From IMG/VR virus record IMGVR_UViG_3300007141_000001, positions 1-7,348 of that record: a stretch of DNA of 7,348 nt; one strand, 5' to 3'. Each line of letters begins with the position of its first letter. Within the stretch, counting starts at the first letter, position 1. Source of the stretch: a virus. The translations under genes were made by a program, and so were the position numbers. The notes beneath the pieces were generated by a model that saw only the letters and a program-made list of their open reading frames with translations, was not told where the DNA came from and ran no database searches. Positions 1 to 4,059 of the stretch are shown one piece after another.

Positions 1-99
1 AAAACTCCCTTTATTACGCTTGCTCACCGAGGTTTGAGCAAATTAGCTGCCCGAATGGCCCATAACACCACGGCAAAGGCAATTACCAGCCCGATTACT
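1..99. repeat. Terminal direct repeat, copy 1 (identical to 7250-7348); circular-closure overlap
   Basis: Base-by-base reading: aaaactccctttattacgcttgctcaccgagg...cccgattact is present at both ends. Confidence 0.95.
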
Positions 100-254
100 G
101 CCACTTTATAGGTACTAAACTCATCCAAAATACTTGTCGTATCTGGCGCTTGAGCCTGTGCAAATGCAAGACCCGGCACCAAGGACATAAACATCAGGAA
201 AACAGCCGCTTGTGCGTGGCTTAATTTCCTTCCCACTGTCTGTAACATTTTCAT
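24..254 (-). CDS. Major coat protein (pVIII-like) precursor with signal peptide
   Basis: 76 aa. The N-terminal signal peptide ends in LAFA|QAQA. The mature ~44 aa has an acidic N-terminus (PDTTSILDEF), a hydrophobic core (VAVIGLVIAFAVVLWAI) and a basic C-terminus (RAANLLKPR), the classic inovirus pVIII layout. GAAAGGA lies upstream of the second Met, so the true start may be at 248. A hairpin follows directly downstream. Confidence 0.85.
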   Translation of the reverse strand: MKMLQTVGRKLSHAQAAVFLMFMSLVPGLAFAQAQAPDTTSILDEFSTYKVAVIGLVIAFAVVLWAIRAANLLKPR

Positions 255-258
255 CCTT

Positions 259-450
259 TCACCTTGTCGGCTTGAAAAACCGCTTTACTGCGGCAATTAA
301 AAACAGGCTAGAGAAAAAGGCAAATCCCACTGTATTAGCCTGACCTACAGTAGGCAGATAATCCAACAACGTAGGCTGTTCTACCCACGCTGTTGAATTA
401 CAGCTTCCATCACTTCCGGGCACAGCATCAAGACACACCAGATAACGCAT
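259..450 (-). CDS. Small membrane protein, candidate minor coat/assembly protein
   Basis: 63 aa with a C-terminal TM segment plus basic tail (GFAFFSSLFLIAAVKRFFKPTR). It is tightly packed between the upstream micro-ORF (stop 454) and the coat gene (start 254). Confidence 0.5.
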   Translation of the reverse strand: MRYLVCLDAVPGSDGSCNSTAWVEQPTLLDYLPTVGQANTVGFAFFSSLFLIAAVKRFFKPTR

Positions 451-453
451 GGC

Positions 454-570
454 TTACTGCCCCAGTCGCTTAATAGCCAGTGTGAGCAATACTGCACAAC
501 TGGCTACTCCGCTTGCAAAACCCACCGCCAAAAGCGTGTAGGGGTGAGACGTTGCAACTATCTGGAGCAT
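454..570 (-). CDS. 38-aa hydrophobic micro-protein (pVII/pIX-like minor coat candidate); not in the supplied ORF track
   Basis: Hand translation gives MLQIVATSHPYTLLAVGFASGVASCAVLLTLAIKRLGQ*. Its ATG overlaps the ssb stop region (TGATAATG). Its TAA lies 3 nt before the next ATG (TAAGCCATG). Size, hydrophobicity and position match Ff pVII/pIX. Confidence 0.5.
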   Translation of the reverse strand: MLQIVATSHPYTLLAVGFASGVASCAVLLTLAIKRLGQ

Positions 571-572
571 TA

Positions 573-890
573 TCACGCCGCTGCTTTAACTGGACGCGGT
601 ATCTGTTTAACCACAGATTCTGCATCAATTAAAGTAAACCGGCGAGATAATGCCAAGCTGCCATATCGGGCAGGCTCAATATCTGCTACCACATTCCAAA
701 GTTTTACCGTTCCAACAGGTAAAGCCGCCTCTGGACGTTCCACAGGTATATCTACTCGATAACCTATCTCATCATCCATTTGTACAACCGCTCTTTGAAA
801 GTAAACCGTTCTAGGGACCCCCAAACGGGTCTGTATTTGACGATATTCAAGCTCTCCTTTAATCGTTACTTTCGGCAATTCAATACTCAT
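573..890 (-). CDS. ssDNA-binding protein, gene V protein (G5P)-like
   Basis: 105 aa located immediately after Rep. Pattern similarity to Ff gVp as remembered: PEAALPVGTVKL vs GQPAYAPGLYTV, and ARYGSLALSRRFTLI vs GQFGSLMIDRLRLV. Confidence 0.7.
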   Translation of the reverse strand: MSIELPKVTIKGELEYRQIQTRLGVPRTVYFQRAVVQMDDEIGYRVDIPVERPEAALPVGTVKLWNVVADIEPARYGSLALSRRFTLIDAESVVKQIPRPVKAAA

Positions 891-962
891 CTCTTCTCTA
901 CTCTCTTCGCTTCGTCTATGGGTTAGTTAAATGATCTGGTTAATCAAACCTAAAGGGCTAGA

Positions 963-1769
963 TCAGTTCCCTTTAAGTAATTCTTTAAACTTCCCTGCAC
1001 TTCCAAACACATTAGATAAAAGTCCTTCATACGTTTTATTCCATTCTTTGACACCTTCTGCTATCGCCTTCTCTTCTTTCTTATCTCCGGATTGATCAAG
1101 CAATCCGCGATAATTAAACACAAGAGGCTGTAACAATTCCTCGCTATCTAAACGGCGCGCATAGTCCATCTTCGGCGGTTGCCATTTCCCAAAGTTCTTT
1201 GAGAAATCAACAACACCGCCCTTTGCCACATATTTGGAAACATAATGCGCAACGTCTGCCGAACTCGTCGGACGTTCCAACCGATTCCGGCCAAACTCTT
1301 TAAACCAAAACTCATGCCACTCGTACCGCGACATGAGTTTGTTAAGATCATTCGTCGGGGCGGAAACCACTACATGAAAGTGCAAACGGCCGTCTTTGTG
1401 AAATTCGGTCCCACGCGCCCATTGCAGGCCGTAGTGATCAACCTTTGACCACCGCCTGCCATAAACCTCTGTATTAATCCTGTGAACAAAGTAGCGAAAC
1501 GCTTTATCTGCGGCCTCCGGGTGCATGCCCCCTGTGCGGCCATTCGCCCGGTACGGCGTGAACATAAGCGTCCAGAATTGATGCCAGTTACCCCGAGCCA
1601 GTAAATCCCCGTATGCCTGCGCCGATTGCGCTTGTAAGCTGGCTGAAGCAAAAAGCTGTGAATCATCCGTAAACCGTTCATGCGATCCGTCCACCTGCAT
1701 ACATCCAGTCAAGGCCCAGACGCATTGCCAAATCCTCAAACAAATCCGGCTGGATAAACTCTTGCTCAC
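963..1769 (-). CDS. Rolling-circle replication initiator, HUH endonuclease superfamily (pII-equivalent)
   Basis: Motif I is FWTLMFT, motif II (HUH) is LHFHVVVS, and motif III with two Tyr is AHYVSKYVAKGG (YxxKY as in phiX174 A protein YVAKYV). The track start at 1769 is GTG and overlaps the upstream ORF by 92 nt. The ATG at 1700 (MQVDGSHERF) is the more likely start. Confidence 0.85.
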   Translation of the reverse strand: MSKSLSSRICLRIWQCVWALTGCMQVDGSHERFTDDSQLFASASLQAQSAQAYGDLLARGNWHQFWTLMFTPYRANGRTGGMHPEAADKAFRYFVHRINTEVYGRRWSKVDHYGLQWARGTEFHKDGRLHFHVVVSAPTNDLNKLMSRYEWHEFWFKEFGRNRLERPTSSADVAHYVSKYVAKGGVVDFSKNFGKWQPPKMDYARRLDSEELLQPLVFNYRGLLDQSGDKKEEKAIAEGVKEWNKTYEGLLSNVFGSAGKFKELLKGN

Positions 1770-1950
1770 TCACGCCCGCTAGTTGCTTAGCCGTTTCGTG
1801 TGCATCCTTTGACGACTTACCGCGATCCCATCGATCCCGATACCAGAACCAATAGTTATCTCGTTTCTCTCCAGTTACTAAGCCCCGGTAAATCCGTGGC
1901 CGGTAACGTCTGCGAGGTATCGCCCCGCCATTAACGCTTAGCTGTGTCAT
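1678..1950 (-). CDS. Hypothetical 90-aa basic, Trp-rich protein; first gene of the minus-strand operon
   Basis: ATG is preceded by GGAG 9 nt upstream. The N-terminal half is R/W-rich (RRRYRPRIYRG...YWFWYRDRWDRG) and is followed by a helix-like ETAKQLAGVSEQEF. It overlaps the Rep start. Confidence 0.55.
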   Translation of the reverse strand: MTQLSVNGGAIPRRRYRPRIYRGLVTGEKRDNYWFWYRDRWDRGKSSKDAHETAKQLAGVSEQEFIQPDLFEDLAMRLGLDWMYAGGRIA

Positions 1951-2038
1951 TGGTCTAACTCCGTTCCCCCAGTTCCCCTAGATATTCCGGCTCTTCTCTG
2001 CCTAGGGGAGAACAGAGAAAAACCGGACTACCTTCAAC
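1951..2038. promoter_or_regulatory. Divergent control region between the minus-strand operon and the repressor-like gene, with interleaved inverted repeats
   Basis: IR-A is tcccctag (1974-1981) / ctagggga (2002-2009). IR-B is ccggctcttctctg (1987-2000) / cagagaaaaaccgg (2013-2026, 12 of 14 complementary). A direct repeat gttcccc occurs twice (1963-1978). I could not place convincing -35/-10 hexamers. Confidence 0.5.
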
Positions 2039-2395
2039 ATGCGTCGAAAGTGGAACATTTATAAACGATTGTCTACCCAATCGTCAACAGGTGTTTTCGT
2101 GAGTACCCAAGAAAGGCTAATCAATGCCCTTTTCGAAAAATTTCCCCAACTATCCGAAACCGCCATTGCAAGAAAATGCGGTTTATCAATCGCAAGATTT
2201 AGTAACTACAAACTTGGAAAAAGAAAGATGGATATAGATGCTGTAATTGGCTGTGCACAAGTACTAGGTTGGAACGTACAAGCTACCGTTACCTCTCATG
2301 AAATCGAAATCGCAGAAACAAACCGCGTCAAAAACCTATGGAACATGATTGCCTCTAGCATAAAAGACAAAACCCAAATCCCGATTCACGCCTAA
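2039..2395 (+). CDS. HTH (XRE/cI-like) transcriptional repressor candidate
   Basis: Helix-turn-helix-like LSETAIARKCGLSIARFSNYKLGKRKM. It is the only plus-strand gene and is divergent from rep, as with rstR/cI-type regulators of temperate inoviruses. The ATG at 2039 has no SD, so the GTG at 2099 (AGG 9 nt upstream) is an alternative start. Confidence 0.6.
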   Translation: MRRKWNIYKRLSTQSSTGVFVSTQERLINALFEKFPQLSETAIARKCGLSIARFSNYKLGKRKMDIDAVIGCAQVLGWNVQATVTSHEIEIAETNRVKNLWNMIASSIKDKTQIPIHA

Positions 2396-2400
2396 CCCCC

Positions 2401-2440
2401 GGAGTAGTTACTCAACAGTAGGTTTCGTAACTCCACCTCA
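2401..2440. repeat. Conserved stem-loop motif, copy 1 (GTTACTCAAC-N5-GTTTCGTAAC-N5-CTCA)
   Basis: Core at 2407-2431. The stem is agttac/gtaact, with a symmetric TC/TC internal loop, AAC/GTT pairs and apical agtag. It starts 6 nt after the repressor stop. Confidence 0.7.
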
Positions 2441-2590
2441 TCGCTTCGTGCTTGCCCGTTGCCGACGATGAAGCGCGCCGACAACCCGGCAAGCCCTCAA
2501 ATCAACACCCCAAAGCCGGAAACAAAGAGCAAAGCCCTGCATTTGCGCTTTTGTTCGCTCTAGACCGCTCACAAAAGCGCCCATAGCCCA

Positions 2591-2629
2591 GCGGTGTTAC
2601 TCAACGAAAAGTTTCGTAACACCGCCTCA
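2591..2629. repeat. Conserved stem-loop motif, copy 2
   Basis: Core at 2596-2620. A perfect 10-bp stem gcggtgttac/gtaacaccgc, the same TC/TC internal loop and AAC/GTT pairs, apical gaaaa. It lies 189 bp from copy 1 in the same orientation. Confidence 0.7.
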
Positions 2630-2939
2630 CTGGCTACAACAAACCTCCCTGCAGACCCTCACCAAAAGCAAAAGCTGCACAGTTGAGAATTAGTTGCAAT
2701 AAAAACGCTCGCTAGCCGTCGTTTTTCCCTTCGCAGCTACCTACCTACTCGCCAAGGGATAGAAATCGATTCTAGGTAAGTTTTAGGCCCCTTCTGAGCC
2801 TCTTTCCAACCTTGGTAACTCCCTGAAGCCCGAACCCCTCAAGAGCAGCTCTCCCGAGAATCCAACCTTGCTGAGAAATTGATGCCCTACCGCGCGGCGA
2901 TTCCGTGGGACCCTGACCCACGAAATCGCCAAAAGCGAA

Positions 2940-2989
2940 GGGTTGGGTTGGGCTGGGGGCTTGGGCGGAATTTGGGCCATAGTATGGGG
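2940..2989 (+). other. G-quadruplex-forming run on the plus strand
   Basis: GGGttGGGttGGGctGGGGGcttGGGcGGaatttGGGccatagtatGGGG. The first four tracts have 2-nt loops. It is followed by C6-TA-C6-T5 at 3003-3021. Confidence 0.6.
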
Positions 2990-3081
2990 TCATGCTAAGC
3001 AACCCCCCTACCCCCCTTTTTCGCGCCACCTGTTTTGCAAGGATTTACGCCCTAATCAAGGAATGAATATTAACGGTTTCT

Positions 3082-3098
3082 TAACGTATTTCACACGG
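3082..3098. repeat. Left arm of a 17-bp perfect inverted repeat (taacgtatttcacacgg)
   Basis: It is the exact reverse complement of 3584-3600. Confidence 0.9.
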
Positions 3099-3256
3099 CA
3101 GAGACTTTATCTCACAAATCCGGTGGACACATCTGCGAAGCTAGTTACGGTTGCAGTAACGGTGTGCCACGTTCTGCAATTCGTGCTCCATTGCGCCTGT
3201 CCTCTCGACGGGCAACGGTACGTACCTTACTCATTTCGTTTGGGTGTTCTCCTCGC

Positions 3257-3392
3257 ATTCCCTTTGTAGTCTCAGCCGGGGACTTCGCCTCACGCACCGC
3301 CTTAACGTAGAACTTGTCTTGAACACCGTGCCAAAAATTCCCTTGTAGTCTCAGCCGGGGACTTCGCCTCACGCACCGCCTTAACGTAGAAC
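3257..3392. repeat. Tandem direct repeat: 57-nt (3257-3313) and 56-nt (3337-3392) copies separated by 23 nt
   Basis: Both copies read attccctt(t)gtagtctcagccggggacttcgcctcacgcaccgccttaacgtagaac. They are identical except for one T indel. The flanks after each copy are weakly similar (gaacacc / aacacc), suggesting an ~80-bp duplicated unit. Confidence 0.9.
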
Positions 3393-3546
3393 CTCTAACA
3401 CCTTACCCCTACTCTTTTCTTGCTCCAGTGACCCTAGGGAGCCCCCTAGCGGTTTGATGGTCCTGTACCTGCTAGTCAATGGCGAACCACTCCAAAGACC
3501 CTACTGCTAACCACCTCTTACACCTCCTTAAAATCGCCTTTTTTTC

Positions 3547-3576
3547 AGGGTATGCACATTTCTGTACACTTGTCAA
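3547..3576 (-). promoter_or_regulatory. Candidate sigma70-type promoter reading leftward into the ORF-free region
   Basis: Minus strand: TTGACA (3576-3571), 18 nt, TACCCT (3552-3547). About 20 nt downstream lies a perfect SD, TAAGGAGGTG (3530-3521). Confidence 0.35.
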
Positions 3577-3583
3577 CCCCCGA

Positions 3584-3600
3584 CCGTGTGAAATACGTTA
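3584..3600. repeat. Right arm of a 17-bp perfect inverted repeat (ccgtgtgaaatacgtta)
   Basis: It is the exact reverse complement of 3082-3098. The arms enclose 485 nt that include the tandem repeats. Confidence 0.9.
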
Positions 3601-3640
3601 TGCCTTTTAGCAAAAACCGTGCCAACTTCAAAAGCGGCCC

Positions 3641-3665
3641 AAAATGCACAAGCCTTGCGCATTTT
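3641..3665. terminator. A-tract/T-tract flanked hairpin, bidirectional terminator-like
   Basis: aaaatgcacaa-gcc-ttgcgcatttt. The single mismatch is A.C on the plus strand and becomes G.U on the minus strand. Confidence 0.3.
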
Positions 3666-3889
3666 CTAATCCGCATTTGAGCTGGCAAAAATCAACATCC
3701 AAAGCAAGAGCAAAAGCCCGCTGCTTTAAGACCTCCTCCCACTGAAGCTGGGGTTAGATAATTGCTTAGCACATCTTCCCGCTGAAAAGCGGTCTTCAGC
3801 GCGCAAGACGGCAGCATTAGCTAGCAAGTTATCCGCAACGCGCCAAGCGTTCATAACATCGGAACGTTTTAACATTCAAGCATTTAGCC

Positions 3890-3908
3890 TCATCCGCTTA
3901 GCGGATGA
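3890..3908. other. 8-bp hairpin tcatccgc-tta-gcggatga
   Basis: Perfect complementarity read directly. Part of the hairpin cluster at 3641-3974. Confidence 0.6.
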
Positions 3909-3944
3909 TGGAAGATTCATGCACGCGGAACGAAGAGCGCCACC

Positions 3945-3964
3945 GTAGGGGGCCAGCCCCCTAC
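3945..3964. other. GC-rich 8-bp hairpin gtaggggg-ccag-ccccctac
   Basis: Perfect stem, enclosed by a second helix cgcgg (3923-3927) / ccgcg (3969-3973). No U-tract on either strand. Confidence 0.6.
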
Positions 3965-4000
3965 ACCCCCGCGGATCGATCTTTCAGTATCCAAATTCAA

Positions 4001-4028
4001 AGGCGCATTAATTTTTATTATCTAAACA
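4001..4028 (+). other. Degenerate dif-like (XerC/XerD) site, candidate attP
   Basis: AGGCGCATTAA-TTTTTA-TTATCTAAACA compared with the remembered proteobacterial dif consensus DBBBCSBATAA-TRTAYA-TTATGTHAANT. The XerD arm matches 9/11, the centre 4/6 and the XerC arm 8/11. No integrase is encoded. Confidence 0.3.
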
Positions 4029-4056
4029 TTATCTAGGATATTAACTTTTATTATCT
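4013..4056. repeat. AT-rich iteron block: ATTATCT x3 (4017, 4028, 4050) and ttttattatct x2 (4013-4023, 4046-4056)
   Basis: Spacings of 11 and 22 bp (helical phasing). It lies immediately downstream of the zot stop. Candidate origin or Rep/host-factor binding region. Confidence 0.5.
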
Positions 4057-4059
4057 CTT

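Larger units (their letters stand above)
2396..4059. other. 1,664-nt ORF-free, repeat- and hairpin-dense region (extended intergenic region; candidate structured ncRNA/ssDNA elements)
   Basis: Only four short low-complexity ORFs occur here, and the two starts I checked are GTG. By eye, composition shifts to about 50-60% GC, versus about 43% counted in one 60-nt sample of the zot gene. The plus strand is C/A-rich. Many ordered repeats are listed separately. Confidence 0.7.

Noticed and set aside
1-99. End repeats as biological direct terminal repeats or LTRs of a linear element
   Set aside because: The repeat boundary falls inside the coat gene and bisects a hairpin. Inoviruses are circular ssDNA. 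An exact 99-nt overlap is typical of assembler circular closure.
2772-3372. Four track ORFs inside the non-coding region (2772-3029 -, 2783-2980 -, 2943-3269 +, 3145-3372 -)
   Set aside because: Their products are low-complexity G/P/R-rich or otherwise non-protein-like, and they mutually overlap. The start of 2772-3029 is GTG. The internal ATG at 3063 has AAGGA abutting it with zero spacing. One ORF runs straight through the tandem repeat and another through the G-quadruplex tract. They look like by-products of GC-rich non-coding DNA.
3257-3392. Tandem repeat as a phage mini-CRISPR array or solitary CRISPR repeat unit
   Set aside because: The repeats are 56-57 nt, longer than known CRISPR repeats. 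The intervening unique sequence is only 23 nt. There are only two copies, no internal palindrome or recognisable repeat termini, and no cas genes.
3511-3530. CACCTCCTTA as a captured fragment of a 16S rRNA gene
   Set aside because: Only the 10-mer matches the 16S 3' end. The upstream sequence has no resemblance to the conserved GTAACCGTAGGGGAACCTGCGGTTGGAT region, so this is not an rRNA fragment. It is kept only as an SD/anti-SD-like motif.
3082-3600. The 17-bp inverted repeats as termini of an inserted MITE or IS
   Set aside because: Not fully rejected but downgraded. There is no target-site duplication, no transposase, and the arms share the TAACGTA motif with the internal tandem repeats. 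That suggests a native structural or regulatory element rather than a foreign insertion.
3792-3812. Neisseria-type DNA uptake sequence (the minus strand reads tGCCGTCTTg within a hairpin)
   Set aside because: It matches GCCGTCT but not the full GCCGTCTGAA. It is a single imperfect copy with no inverted DUS pair, which is insufficient to infer host or function.
2396-4059. Known RNA classes: tRNA or tmRNA fragment as attP, RNase P, hammerhead/twister ribozymes, group II intron domain V, Csr/Rsm-type GGA sponge
   Set aside because: No T-arm (GGTTCGAnnCC), tmRNA tag or CCA end, GGAAAGUCC, CUGAUGA...GAAA core, or domain V consensus was found by eye. GGA (TCC on the plus strand) frequency is about what base composition predicts. 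A proper covariance-model scan is still required.
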